64,000 bases of DNA from a virus (lineage: Duplodnaviria; Caudoviricetes): the IMG/VR virus record IMGVR_UViG_3300032246_002701, positions 1,512 through 65,511 of that record; one strand, given 5' to 3'. Made by a program: the position numbers and the translations under genes. Of the stretch, positions 47,069-57,577 are shown piece after piece. The stretch's first letter is position 1. Each line of letters opens with the position of its first letter. Under the pieces are notes generated by a model. The model had not been told where the DNA came from and searched no databases. It was given only the letters and a program-made list of their open reading frames with translations.

Positions 47069-47692
47069 TTAAATTTCTACTTCTAAAATTTTATTAAAAA
47101 TTTTATCCCAAGTAACATCCCATGTGCCTTCTACTGCACAAAGATGTGCTCCGCTATTTAAGACCCCTTGTCGACCTATAGAACTATCCTCTATAATTAT
47201 AGTATTTGAAGGGATTGATTTTTGCGAAATCATGCATTTCCAATATACTTCCGGATATGGCTTAGGATATACTACGTCCTGACTAGTATACCAACTGTCA
47301 ACATATTCAATAATTCCGATATGTAACATCGCCAATCTTGCAGACTGACGAATGCTATTTGTAGCAACTGAAATATTATAATTTAAATTTTTTAATCTCT
47401 GACAAATATCAATTAACTTATCGTCTCTAGGCAACTGCTTAATATATTCGAGAGTTAACTTCTGTTTGTTTTTCCAAACTGTTTCAAATTGATCCCTCGG
47501 TAGCCCTTTATTTTTTTCTAATAATTCTAATTTCTTATCAGTATTAAGTTCTCGATAAATTTTAAAATTTTCCTCTTCACTTATAACGAATCTAGGATCT
47601 AAATTTTCTAATGCCGAGTTTAATGCACGATAGTGTAAAAGGTCACTGTTGATTAATACACCGTCTAGATCAAAAATAATAAGTTTGTTCAT
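47069..47692 (-). CDS. HAD-family phosphatase
   Basis: IFDLDGVL, ATNS, KPYPE, IEDS..G. Confidence 0.9.
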   Translation of the reverse strand: MNKLIIFDLDGVLINSDLLHYRALNSALENLDPRFVISEEENFKIYRELNTDKKLELLEKNKGLPRDQFETVWKNKQKLTLEYIKQLPRDDKLIDICQRLKNLNYNISVATNSIRQSARLAMLHIGIIEYVDSWYTSQDVVYPKPYPEVYWKCMISQKSIPSNTIIIEDSSIGRQGVLNSGAHLCAVEGTWDVTWDKIFNKILEVEI

Positions 47693-47695
47693 AGA

Positions 47696-48652
47696 TTACC
47701 AAACAAAGTTCTTTTTATAATATTCTACAATTTTTTCCAATTCATTATCAAAGTCGGCTTTTGTTTTCCAACCTAGTTTTTGTAATTTGATATCATCAAT
47801 GGAGTATCGAACATCTTGTCCGTGTCTAGCCGAGTCAATTACATACTCTTGTACATTAGTATCACCGTTGAACAACTTAAGAATTTTTTTAACCACATCA
47901 ATATTTTGTAATTCAAAATTTCCGGAAATATTAAAAATCTCATTAACAACTCCACTGTTAATAATTGTTATAATAGCCTCGGCAGTGTCGTCGGCATGCA
48001 GCCATGTTCTGATCGGCAAGCCCTTATCATGAAGATCGATCTTTCTTCCGATACTTAGATATTTGATCGATTTAGGTATAAGTTTTTCAACATACTGGCC
48101 TATACCATAATTGTTAGTAGGTCTCACAATAATATAAGGAATCTTGAAAGTCCTTGCCCAGGCTAATATCAGCATGTCTGCTGCTGCTTTGGTGGCACTA
48201 TATGGATTACTAGGTTTAAGAAGATCGCTTTCTGAATGACTTCCTTCCGCTATATCGCCATATACTTCATCTGTTGAAAAATGCAGCAGCGTGGGCATTT
48301 TGAAATGACTTTTTTCTTTGATTAATTTCAACAGATGGTGAACTCCGTTTACATTACTTTTCAAAAAAACATCACTAGAAACAATACTATTGTCTACGTG
48401 AGTTTCAGCAGCAGTATTAATTACATAATCACAATCATATAATCTATCAAGATCATTGATATCTGATTTAATAAATTTAAAATTAGAATTGGAGTTAAAT
48501 TCATCTAGAAAATTTTCATTACTAGCATATGTAAATTTATCTACTCCTATTACATACCATCCTTTTTCTAAACACTTACGGGTAACGTGAACTCCAATAA
48601 AACCCAGACATCCGGTTACATATACAATTTTTTTCAATTCATTTATCCCCAT
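47696..48652 (-). CDS. dTDP-glucose 4,6-dehydratase (RmlB-like)
   Basis: VTGCLGFIG, DKFTYA, AAETHVDNSI, STDEVYG, PSNPYSATK, NNYG. Confidence 0.92.
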   Translation of the reverse strand: MGINELKKIVYVTGCLGFIGVHVTRKCLEKGWYVIGVDKFTYASNENFLDEFNSNSNFKFIKSDINDLDRLYDCDYVINTAAETHVDNSIVSSDVFLKSNVNGVHHLLKLIKEKSHFKMPTLLHFSTDEVYGDIAEGSHSESDLLKPSNPYSATKAAADMLILAWARTFKIPYIIVRPTNNYGIGQYVEKLIPKSIKYLSIGRKIDLHDKGLPIRTWLHADDTAEAIITIINSGVVNEIFNISGNFELQNIDVVKKILKLFNGDTNVQEYVIDSARHGQDVRYSIDDIKLQKLGWKTKADFDNELEKIVEYYKKNFVW

Positions 48653-50324
48653 CTATTAATTTTCCAATAATCCCAATACTAGTAGTCATGGGTTCTATAT
48701 AATTTATTGTTTCAACTGGCGAAGTCTCGAACCCGTGCTTTGATAAAAGATTTGTTAATCCAGTTTCTGTAAAAAGATTTATGTGCTCATAAAAATTATA
48801 TTCACCATCAAAATGTTTAGAAAATTCTTTAGGAACTTCTACATAAAGATACCCGTCGGGTTTTAAAAACTTTTTAATATTCTGCATCGAATTGTTAATG
48901 TCACTAACATGTTCTAATACATGAGTGCAAATAACCAAATCAACTTTTTGATCTTTGATCGGTTCAACATCTATTTCTCTTTCTCTTTCTTCAACTTCGT
49001 AGACATACTTTTTGCAATTTTGAAATGCATTTGGAATCATTAGTCCCGTATCTCCACCAAAATCTAATACACTGGTGATTGATTTAATATCAAGATATCG
49101 GCCGATAATCTGTTCTCGATTGTTACGACATTGGTTGACATTTTCTTCTCCATGATACCATTGAGAAAAATTTATAATTCCAGGACCTTCGGATTGAGCA
49201 CGACTTTCAAGATATTCTCCATCCATATAATCCTTATAGTAATCTGCTTCAGATTTTAAACTAAATCGATAACTAAATCCAGCATAATCACAATCTCGAC
49301 AATGATTAATAAATCCTTGTGGTTTTGGAGTATGAGGATTTAATCTGAGGAAACGATTTAGTGTCCATCGATCCATTGTTGCTCTGTGTTTGTTGAGATT
49401 TTTGCTGCCACATACTGAACAGGAATCAATATTAGTTATTAATTCTTTGTATATAAATTTTTGATATTTTTCTAAATTTTCTAGAATATAGGAAGGATGA
49501 GTTTCAGAAGTAGGATCAACAATCTTATGTGGATAATCTCTAAACATTCTTTCAAGTGCTTCGTACACAGTCATATGATCGTATTTTAGATTATCTCCAA
49601 AATATCTATCTCGGGAGTGTGCCCAGCTCTTTTGTTTAGTAAGTACCTTTTCTCCATCTGTGTCATCGAGGAATGTAAAATGCCACCCTCCGTTTTTAAT
49701 AAACGGATGCGTTGCCATATTTTGATCTCTTAATGTAGTAGGGAGAACTTTTTTAAAATTACCAAACTCTGTAACTATGCCTGCTACATGCTCGGACCAA
49801 TGTTTATGTAAAATATTGAATTTATAAACAAATAAATTGCAATGGAATGAGATTACCGGTCGAAGGCCATTTTTATTATATGACTTGTCCGCAAATATAG
49901 TTAGTGCCTCTTCAAAGGCAGATTTTTTAATTATCTCATCAAGGCATGAAATATAAACGATATCGTCATCCTTGGCTCCATCATCAAGCATTACTTTATA
50001 AAGATAGTTAGCCTGGAAATGATCTCTTATCCAATCATCTGTTTCCATGTAAGGTCCTCGATCCTTGACACATTCATAATCAAGAAGAAGTTCTCCGTAC
50101 TTGTCTATTTCATCTTGAAAATTATCAAATTTAACATAGATCAATTTTTCAGAGTATGGTTTGAATCTTTCATGATCAAAATTAAAGGGTTTCGGATCCC
50201 CAGTGTGTGTCTCACCTGCTTCGATGACAATAAACTTATCAACAAAATTCCAGTGCTGGTTTAATCTGATTTCGAACAGATCATTTTCATTTAAAAACAT
50301 ACAGCAATCATAAACCATAATCAT
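48639..50324 (-). CDS. GT17-like glycosyltransferase fused to a class I SAM methyltransferase
   Basis: YDCCMFLNE.D...IRL, THTG.PK, GGWHF; C-terminal CxxC, LDFGGDTG, HVLEH, YVEVP, EHIN.F. Confidence 0.8.
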   Translation of the reverse strand: MIMVYDCCMFLNENDLFEIRLNQHWNFVDKFIVIEAGETHTGDPKPFNFDHERFKPYSEKLIYVKFDNFQDEIDKYGELLLDYECVKDRGPYMETDDWIRDHFQANYLYKVMLDDGAKDDDIVYISCLDEIIKKSAFEEALTIFADKSYNKNGLRPVISFHCNLFVYKFNILHKHWSEHVAGIVTEFGNFKKVLPTTLRDQNMATHPFIKNGGWHFTFLDDTDGEKVLTKQKSWAHSRDRYFGDNLKYDHMTVYEALERMFRDYPHKIVDPTSETHPSYILENLEKYQKFIYKELITNIDSCSVCGSKNLNKHRATMDRWTLNRFLRLNPHTPKPQGFINHCRDCDYAGFSYRFSLKSEADYYKDYMDGEYLESRAQSEGPGIINFSQWYHGEENVNQCRNNREQIIGRYLDIKSITSVLDFGGDTGLMIPNAFQNCKKYVYEVEEREREIDVEPIKDQKVDLVICTHVLEHVSDINNSMQNIKKFLKPDGYLYVEVPKEFSKHFDGEYNFYEHINLFTETGLTNLLSKHGFETSPVETINYIEPMTTSIGIIGKLIDGDK

Positions 50325-51123
50325 CTCTTTTCTTAAAATATTTTTTAAAACTTTCTTCCAATCCTAGCAAATTAATCCCTAACGATTTTAAATTATCAGG
50401 ATTTCCGTTGTAATTTTTTGAACTCTCTGAGAGTATAAAAATTCTTTTGTTAATATTATTTGTATTACAAAAAAGTCGAGCTGCATCGCTTATCTTGTAT
50501 TTTTCTTCATAAGAACAATTACAATCTTTTATTTTCCAATCATTTTCTATGCAGTTCTCAACGACTGTTGATAAATCTTGTATGCTAAAATAATCAAAGT
50601 ATCTATCATTATCTATTTTTAGTTCTTGAGTAGATGAAATAATTCTAGGAAATAGTCTTGTTGATTGCTCTCCGAGGCCGAAACAATTAAAAATACGCAG
50701 AGTATAAAAATTATTTTTTTTATAGCATAGTCTGCTTTTTATGTTTTGACCAAATCCATAACTATCTTTGGGTAGTCTATCAAAAATTAAATCTTCGGAT
50801 GCGTTATTAATGTCAGTCTCTCTATCAAATTCTGCACCGGATCCTGTATTAATGAACTTACCAAAATAATCGGAATTATCGTAAAAGTTCATAAAGATCC
50901 CTAAATTATTTCTAACATCATGTAACGAATTATTATCAGTCATCACCGCTGCACAATTTAATATAACATCAAATTTATGAACTTTTAAAAAATCTTTAAC
51001 TTTATAGGGATCGAGCAAGTCTAATACATCACGAGTAATCGGAGTAATTTGATACTTAGAATCAAAATATTGAGAAAGAGAAGATCCGACAAAACCTCGT
51101 GATCCTAATACAGCTACTTTCAT
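50308..51123 (-). CDS. NAD-dependent epimerase/reductase
   Basis: GSRGFVG, GSGAEF, LRIFNCFG. Confidence 0.85.
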   Translation of the reverse strand: MKVAVLGSRGFVGSSLSQYFDSKYQITPITRDVLDLLDPYKVKDFLKVHKFDVILNCAAVMTDNNSLHDVRNNLGIFMNFYDNSDYFGKFINTGSGAEFDRETDINNASEDLIFDRLPKDSYGFGQNIKSRLCYKKNNFYTLRIFNCFGLGEQSTRLFPRIISSTQELKIDNDRYFDYFSIQDLSTVVENCIENDWKIKDCNCSYEEKYKISDAARLFCNTNNINKRIFILSESSKNYNGNPDNLKSLGINLLGLEESFKKYFKKRDDYGL

Positions 51124-52895
51124 ATCTTAACAATCATTTCTCTATCTAGTTCATCCTGGCTTAAGAACGGACTCATATCATGCAAACCTCCTTGCTTCCC
51201 GTTAGGTTTCATTGCTTGAGCAGGTTGAACATCCAATGTGTCTTGACTCATAAACTCAACAATTACAGAAGTATTAGAATGAATTAGGTTACCCATTTGA
51301 GAGTCTAATTCGTTATTGCTAGAAATCTTAATATAAGGGATTTCGAATGCGGCCGCTACCTTAGAAATGTCTGCAAAATAAATTCCTGTGCCGGCACTAA
51401 CTCCCCATTGCCTTCCACTAAACATTCTATTTTGGGTTTGTTTAATACTCATGTATCCGTCGTTGTTAATTACAAAAATTTTAACAGGAATATTGTGCTG
51501 CTTGATAACTGCAAGTTCTTGCATATTGGTATAAAAACTACCCTCGCCAATGACCAGTACAATGTTTAGATCTGGATCAGCGAAATGAACCCCTACACTT
51601 GCCGGAATAGCATACCCCATATCTCCCTGGGCGGCCTGGGCCATGTACCTAGTATTCTTTTTAAATTTGCCGTTGGTAGAAAGAATATAGCACGGTTGTC
51701 CGGCATCGACGATAAAACAATCTTTTTCAGACATATTACGATTAATGCTTTCGACTATTTCATAAAGGTTTAATCCTCCCTCATCAGATCGATGAATGCT
51801 GGGATTATAAATGGGCCAAATATTTTTCCAATGTAATGCTTTTTCTGACCATTCCTTAATATCATATTCAGATCGATTTTCTAATGCTGTCTTGAGAAAC
51901 TCACTGACATCACAATTAATTGCCTGATCTACCTTAAAGATATCTTTTTTCAATTCACTAGGATCAATGTCTATCATGATCTTGGTACTTGCAGGACTAA
52001 AAGTTGTTGCGTCATATCCAATATGAGTAACATTCATAGAACAACCAAGGATGACTAAACAATCAGAATTCTGCATGGCAAAATTTGCAGATCGATTACC
52101 TTTAATTCCCATCATGCCAATATTTTGAGGATGTTCGTATTCGATATTATCTCGAGTTAAAAAGTTTGTGACAAATGGAATTTTATAGAACTCTACAAAT
52201 TCTCTAAATTCTTTACGACAATCAGCAATCGTAATTCCGTTGCCGGCAACAATAACAGGACGTTTAGAACTAAAGATCGTTTTCAGAGCAGACAGTATTT
52301 CATCTTTATGATCAATTAATTTAGTTTCTTCAACTAAAAATTCTCTATATCCTTCCGGAATTTGTGCGGCCTGTAAATTACCCGGAACATCAAACCAAAC
52401 AGGACCAGGTCGACCACTAGTAGCAATATGAATTGCTTTTTCTAATTCATAAGGAACATCTTCAGCACGTTCAATCATAACGGCATATTTTGTCATGCCC
52501 GATACAGCACCGACATTGTCAAAATCTTGAATTCCATATTTTCTTAAATTAAGTCTACGTTCTTTATTGATCAATTTGGCCATGTTAAATGTCTGTGTAT
52601 TTCCACTAAGAAACAATACAGGAACACTTTCTTGGTAGGCATTAAGACAACTGGTCATTACATTAGTAACTCCGCAGCCTGCAGTGACATTGCACACTCC
52701 TAGCATTCTATTGGTTCGAGCTGACCCAGTTGCAGCATGACCGGCACCTTGCTCATGATGAAAAGCAACGAACTCTATATCAGGATGACTAATGAAACCA
52801 TCGTTAAGTCCTGCAGTACTTCCCCCTACTAATCCGTAAACTTTTTTTATGCCTAATTGATTTAATCTATTAGCGATATAATCACAAACTCTCAC
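51120..52895 (-). CDS. Thiamine-diphosphate-dependent enzyme (acetolactate synthase / YerE-like)
   Basis: GTG start; HHEQGAG, GRPGPVW.D.P, MGYAIPA, GEGS...N ThDP motif, NNDGY. Confidence 0.9.
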   Translation of the reverse strand: MRVCDYIANRLNQLGIKKVYGLVGGSTAGLNDGFISHPDIEFVAFHHEQGAGHAATGSARTNRMLGVCNVTAGCGVTNVMTSCLNAYQESVPVLFLSGNTQTFNMAKLINKERRLNLRKYGIQDFDNVGAVSGMTKYAVMIERAEDVPYELEKAIHIATSGRPGPVWFDVPGNLQAAQIPEGYREFLVEETKLIDHKDEILSALKTIFSSKRPVIVAGNGITIADCRKEFREFVEFYKIPFVTNFLTRDNIEYEHPQNIGMMGIKGNRSANFAMQNSDCLVILGCSMNVTHIGYDATTFSPASTKIMIDIDPSELKKDIFKVDQAINCDVSEFLKTALENRSEYDIKEWSEKALHWKNIWPIYNPSIHRSDEGGLNLYEIVESINRNMSEKDCFIVDAGQPCYILSTNGKFKKNTRYMAQAAQGDMGYAIPASVGVHFADPDLNIVLVIGEGSFYTNMQELAVIKQHNIPVKIFVINNDGYMSIKQTQNRMFSGRQWGVSAGTGIYFADISKVAAAFEIPYIKISSNNELDSQMGNLIHSNTSVIVEFMSQDTLDVQPAQAMKPNGKQGGLHDMSPFLSQDELDREMIVKI

Positions 52896-52998
52896 AAATA
52901 CCCTCTTATAGTTATAGTCTTATTATACAGGAATGACTTTTGAATTACAAATATTTATGTGCTATTATAATGACAGTAAATAATTCAAAGGACCTCTC

Positions 52999-53703
52999 AT
53001 GGAAAAACGAGTTTTAATAACAGGAGCAACTAGGGGAATCGGCGAATCGATTGCTCGAAAATTTAAAGAAGAAAATTGGTTCGTCATAGGCACAGGTATG
53101 CATCCTCGAGATAAGCCCAGTTACCTTGATGAGTATTTTTTCTGCGATCTTAACGATAGAAACCACCTAGAACTACTAATCAGCAGAATCAAAGATCTAG
53201 AAATTGACACGTTGGTAAACAATGCTGGAATTAATATCATTAATAACTTTTTAGAAATAAATCCTGAAGATTTTGAAAAGGTGCATTCTGTAAATGTTTT
53301 TGCTCCGTTTCGATTAAGCCAGGCACTACTTCCCCACATGGTAAAAGCACAGTGGGGACGCATCGTTAACATTAGTTCAGTCTGGGGAAAAATTAGCAAA
53401 CAAGGGCGTGCCAGTTATTCTACAAGTAAATTTGGTATCGACGGATTGACAGTGTCAATGGCAAACGAGTTTGCTAGTCAAGGTATTTTGTGTAATTGTG
53501 TAGCGCCTGGATTTATTGATACAGAAATGACATGGACTAATTTAGGAACTGCAGGAGTTGAGAAAATGTTAGAAAATGTTCCAATTAAAAGATTGGCAAA
53601 AGTTGACGAGGTTGCTAATTTAGTTTATATGCTAGGTAGTGATAAAAACACTTATATTTCAGGACAGAACATTGCTATAGATGGAGGGTTTACTCGTGCA
53701 TAA
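52999..53703 (+). CDS. Short-chain dehydrogenase/reductase
   Basis: TGATRGIG, NNAG, YSTSK, PGFIDT, DGG. Confidence 0.92.
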   Translation: MEKRVLITGATRGIGESIARKFKEENWFVIGTGMHPRDKPSYLDEYFFCDLNDRNHLELLISRIKDLEIDTLVNNAGINIINNFLEINPEDFEKVHSVNVFAPFRLSQALLPHMVKAQWGRIVNISSVWGKISKQGRASYSTSKFGIDGLTVSMANEFASQGILCNCVAPGFIDTEMTWTNLGTAGVEKMLENVPIKRLAKVDEVANLVYMLGSDKNTYISGQNIAIDGGFTRA

Positions 53704-54739
53704 TTTTAGCATTCAATCTTATTCCGGACCGTATCAGGTAGAGTTTAATAATTCTTTGATAAACAACAAAGAATTGACTAACTTAGGAAGTCATTTCATT
53801 ATTGATCGAAATATTTTTTCATATCTTGGAGGAAACTTCTTACAACAAATAGAAAAAAAGAATTTCGTTCTAATTGATGCAACAGAAGAAACAAAAAGTT
53901 ATAGAGGAATTGAACCGGTTTTAAGTCAACTTTTAGAGCAGCAATTAAAAAAAGATAGTGTACTAGTAGCAATCGGCGGAGGAATTACACAGGATATTAC
54001 TTGTTTTATTGCAAATACCTTTATGAGAGGCATAAAATGGGTGTTTGTACCTACTACACTGCTATCACAGGCAGATAGTTGTATCGGATCTAAAAGTAGT
54101 ATCAATTTTGGCAAAACTAAAAATATACTTGGATCATTTACTCCTCCCCAGAAAGTCATTATATCAGATCAATTCTTAACTACCCTCGAAGAAAAGGATA
54201 TTAAGAGCGGTATTGGGGAAATTATCAAATTATATCTAGTTAACGGACAACTAGTAACCAGCGACGAAATTAGAAATGATTTAACCAAACATTTATATGC
54301 TACTTTACAAATCAAAAAGAAATACATTGAGCAAGATGAATTCGATGTTGGTGTTCGAAATATTTTGAATTACGGGCATTGCTTCGGCCATGCAATTGAA
54401 AGTTCTACAGATTTTGGAATTCCCCACGGTATTGCTGTTACTATGGGAATGGACATTGCAAATAAATTTTCACAGAACGAAGGCCTGATAACAGAAAAAG
54501 AATACCTAATGATGCACACGGTTCTTTTTAGTAACTATACAGGCTATAACACTGTGCCTGTAAAAATAGATCCTATTTTCACAGCATTATCAAAAGATAA
54601 AAAGAATACAGGCAGTAAGATTAATCTTATTCTGCCTGTAAATGGAACTCTAGAAAAACGTGGATTTGAAAATAATAGTGTGCTAGTAAAATCGATTACT
54701 AACACACTGCGTCAACTGCCTATCAATTTTGTTGATTGA
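53696..54739 (+). CDS. 3-dehydroquinate synthase-like sugar-phosphate cyclase
   Basis: [40 protein letters not shown]; probable GTG start. Confidence 0.88.
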   Translation: MHNFSIQSYSGPYQVEFNNSLINNKELTNLGSHFIIDRNIFSYLGGNFLQQIEKKNFVLIDATEETKSYRGIEPVLSQLLEQQLKKDSVLVAIGGGITQDITCFIANTFMRGIKWVFVPTTLLSQADSCIGSKSSINFGKTKNILGSFTPPQKVIISDQFLTTLEEKDIKSGIGEIIKLYLVNGQLVTSDEIRNDLTKHLYATLQIKKKYIEQDEFDVGVRNILNYGHCFGHAIESSTDFGIPHGIAVTMGMDIANKFSQNEGLITEKEYLMMHTVLFSNYTGYNTVPVKIDPIFTALSKDKKNTGSKINLILPVNGTLEKRGFENNSVLVKSITNTLRQLPINFVD

Positions 54740-55529
54740 GTTTATTCCATCGAGTCTCGAGCATATCAATACGCTTATCATCTTCTGTAAAGATAGAACC
54801 GTAGTAATCACGCTTGTTCTTAAGCCAAAGCAGTTCAAATTGGACTGCTTTTAACAATGCCTTTTCTACAGTGGGCAAATTAATAGCACTACCGTCAAAA
54901 ATCACTTTACGTGTTTCATAACGGCTAAGATGTACTGATTGTACTTCTCGAACTGCATGAATAGCATCAATCGAAATTCCCCCGCCCATTACTAACTCTA
55001 GTCCTGCTTCTTTGCATGCGGTTGCAGTTTCGACCACCATTTGTGTTACATCTTGATTATTGATGTCTTCTCGACCGTTCCGACCCATACTCATAACAAA
55101 ATCAACTCGGCCGAATACCAATCCATCAAGTCCGCCGGGCATCGTGGCTTTTTCGATCATTCCCTTGAGATTATCAAAGCCAGTAATAGTTTCGAGATTG
55201 GTCAAGAATTTTGTTTCTTTTCTTTCTTCTTCTGAATAAATTTTATTTTTGGCATCGATGAATTTCCATAATGCATACGGGGTTTCAACCATTGGTGCAA
55301 TAATGTAATCAACGCCAATTTGTTTAACTTCCATAAGGTCACGCATTGCTTCGCAACCGCCGATTTTAACTGCTAATTTTAAATCTGCTTTTCGAGCAAT
55401 TTCAACCAACCGCAAAAGTTCGTCGGTTCGCGTACCTTCTGCTTCGAACTCGGCCTTTACTGCATCGATTCCAAATTCTTGCTTGCCCTGTTTAAGGATA
55501 TCAAGCATCTGTCTTTCTTTTAAGTTCAT
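54723..55529 (-). CDS. HpcH/HpaI aldolase / citrate lyase family protein
   Basis: [29 protein letters not shown]. Confidence 0.8.
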   Translation of the reverse strand: MNLKERQMLDILKQGKQEFGIDAVKAEFEAEGTRTDELLRLVEIARKADLKLAVKIGGCEAMRDLMEVKQIGVDYIIAPMVETPYALWKFIDAKNKIYSEEERKETKFLTNLETITGFDNLKGMIEKATMPGGLDGLVFGRVDFVMSMGRNGREDINNQDVTQMVVETATACKEAGLELVMGGGISIDAIHAVREVQSVHLSRYETRKVIFDGSAINLPTVEKALLKAVQFELLWLKNKRDYYGSIFTEDDKRIDMLETRWNKLNQQN

Positions 55530-55543
55530 AAGTTCTCCTTTGT

Positions 55544-56860
55544 TTATATGAACAAACTCATAAATCCATCTACTTTTTCTCCAATATAACTAATTTGTTC
55601 CGGAGTAATTACCGGACTAGTTCCATGGAAATAGGTGTTAGTCATTACCTGAGTGGCTACGGGAAAATTATTCTTAGCATCCTGCGGATTCATAATATGA
55701 CTATATGCAGGTTGCAGCATAATATTACCAGCAAAATAAGGCCTAGTCTGAATTAAGTTTTCTTCTAGATAGTCTACAATTTCACTGCGAGTAAATGGTG
55801 CATCTTTTCTAATAGTTAGCGGAAAAGCAAACCAACTAGGATCACTCTTGGCCTGCGCTCGTGGCAGGTGAAAAAACTCTTCATACTTGCTGTAGATATC
55901 AAATAACAACTGATAGTTTCTACGACGCAGAGCATGAATGGCGGGCAGTTTTTCTAGTTGATGTAAGCCCATAGCACTTTGAATTTCGATGGGTTTAAGG
56001 TTAAACCCGATCTCATCATAGACATACTTGTGATCAAATATTTCTCCGGGCATGGTGGGAATCCATTCCTGGAATCGTTTGCCGCAGGTTCCGCATTTAA
56101 GTTTATTGGCTTCGGGTCCCACGCAATAACAACCTCGACCCCATTCTCTAAAACTACGAAGAATGATTTCTTGTTCGTAAGTATTACAGGCTACGAACCC
56201 CCCTTCTCCCATAGTCATATGATGTGCAGGGTAGAAACTGCAAGAAGCCATTTCTCCGAAACTGCCCAGCGGTTTCCCATCATAGGTACTACCTAGCGCA
56301 TCACAGCAATCCTCGAGCAGAACAATGTTGTACTTGTTAACCAACTCCATAACCTGATCCATATTAGGCGGATTACCTAGAACATGGGCAAATGTCATAA
56401 CTCGAATATCATGCTCTTTGATTAGATCCTCTGCTTTGGTAAGATCTAGATTAAGTGTATCTAATTCAATATCCAAGAACACCGGTTCAAAGCCCAATTG
56501 AAGAGTAGGATTCAGTGTAGTAGGAAATCCTGCAATAGGCATCAATACTTTAGTTCCTTTCGGAAAATGATGTCCTCGCTTACTGGTTAAACTAGCCAGC
56601 ATGAGTAGATTACTAGAACTACCTGAATTAGTTAAGATGCCATTTTCCTTACCGAATTGTTTAGGAAAGGCTCTTTCGAATTTAAGGCTCTTATCTCCCA
56701 TAACTAGCCATCCGCCTAGCAGGCTTTCGGCAGCAGATACAAATTCATCGGAATTAAAATACGGGCCGGCATAGTTTACAAAGTCTTTTCCAGCCACCCA
56801 GGTTTTAGACGATTGCTTTTCTTCAATATATTGTTTAATTTGATCTAATATTTCTTTCAC
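55544..56860 (-). CDS. rfbH: CDP-4-keto-6-deoxyglucose 3-dehydratase E1 (RfbH/DdhC)
   Basis: [37 protein letters not shown] (His replaces the PLP Lys), WGRGCYC..C..C Fe-S motif, DHKY. Confidence 0.92.
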   Translation of the reverse strand: MKEILDQIKQYIEEKQSSKTWVAGKDFVNYAGPYFNSDEFVSAAESLLGGWLVMGDKSLKFERAFPKQFGKENGILTNSGSSSNLLMLASLTSKRGHHFPKGTKVLMPIAGFPTTLNPTLQLGFEPVFLDIELDTLNLDLTKAEDLIKEHDIRVMTFAHVLGNPPNMDQVMELVNKYNIVLLEDCCDALGSTYDGKPLGSFGEMASCSFYPAHHMTMGEGGFVACNTYEQEIILRSFREWGRGCYCVGPEANKLKCGTCGKRFQEWIPTMPGEIFDHKYVYDEIGFNLKPIEIQSAMGLHQLEKLPAIHALRRRNYQLLFDIYSKYEEFFHLPRAQAKSDPSWFAFPLTIRKDAPFTRSEIVDYLEENLIQTRPYFAGNIMLQPAYSHIMNPQDAKNNFPVATQVMTNTYFHGTSPVITPEQISYIGEKVDGFMSLFI

Positions 56861-56863
56861 GAT

Positions 56864-57577
56864 TTATTCCATAATATGTGGTAAAAATGCATTATACAAT
56901 TGTATTCGAACATCTATAGATGTAGCAGGCCAATGTATTAACCAATCGCCCGGATGCCAGTTCCCATCTACCCCAAGTGTATCTCTTTGATCGGTGTAAT
57001 TATATAATTTATAATAAAAACTATTCATGAACCTCTGAGGCATCACTTTAACTACAGATTGATATTTTTCACAAACCTGTAATAGCGGAGATTTAACCCA
57101 ATCCGGTGATGCTGTTACAGGAAGACCTAGAGACAGTGCAATAGCACGTTGTTCAGTATCCCAATGTTTTAAGCACTCTTGTTCTATAGATAGTACATCA
57201 TCTAAAAATTCTAGAGCCTCCGGACTGTTTCTTATCAAAATGCTATCAGCATTAATGCCATTAACATCAACACAAATTATAACATGATAATTGTTATCTA
57301 TGCGATCTTCAATTCGAACTGCAAAGTTAGTAATCATGGTATCGGTGCCAGTCCACCATATCCAATCATACTCCGGATGTTTGGCTAATACTTCTTTGGC
57401 TATATACAATTTTTCAAACCCGGTCATTAGACCATTGGCTTGCTTACTGGTCCAATTGTTTGTTTTTGCATGAGTTGCATATCCATGTCTTGCTGCATAC
57501 TTCAATTTGTTTTGATTCCAGGTGAGATCTGCTAATCTCTGGTAACCTTCATCATGATGAGTTATTAGTGCGTACAT
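56864..57577 (-). CDS. GT34 (GMA12/MNN10)-like glycosyltransferase
   Basis: YAARHGY, WIWW..TD..I.N, N....LIRN, EQ, GD.LIHW. Confidence 0.75.
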   Translation of the reverse strand: MYALITHHDEGYQRLADLTWNQNKLKYAARHGYATHAKTNNWTSKQANGLMTGFEKLYIAKEVLAKHPEYDWIWWTGTDTMITNFAVRIEDRIDNNYHVIICVDVNGINADSILIRNSPEALEFLDDVLSIEQECLKHWDTEQRAIALSLGLPVTASPDWVKSPLLQVCEKYQSVVKVMPQRFMNSFYYKLYNYTDQRDTLGVDGNWHPGDWLIHWPATSIDVRIQLYNAFLPHIME

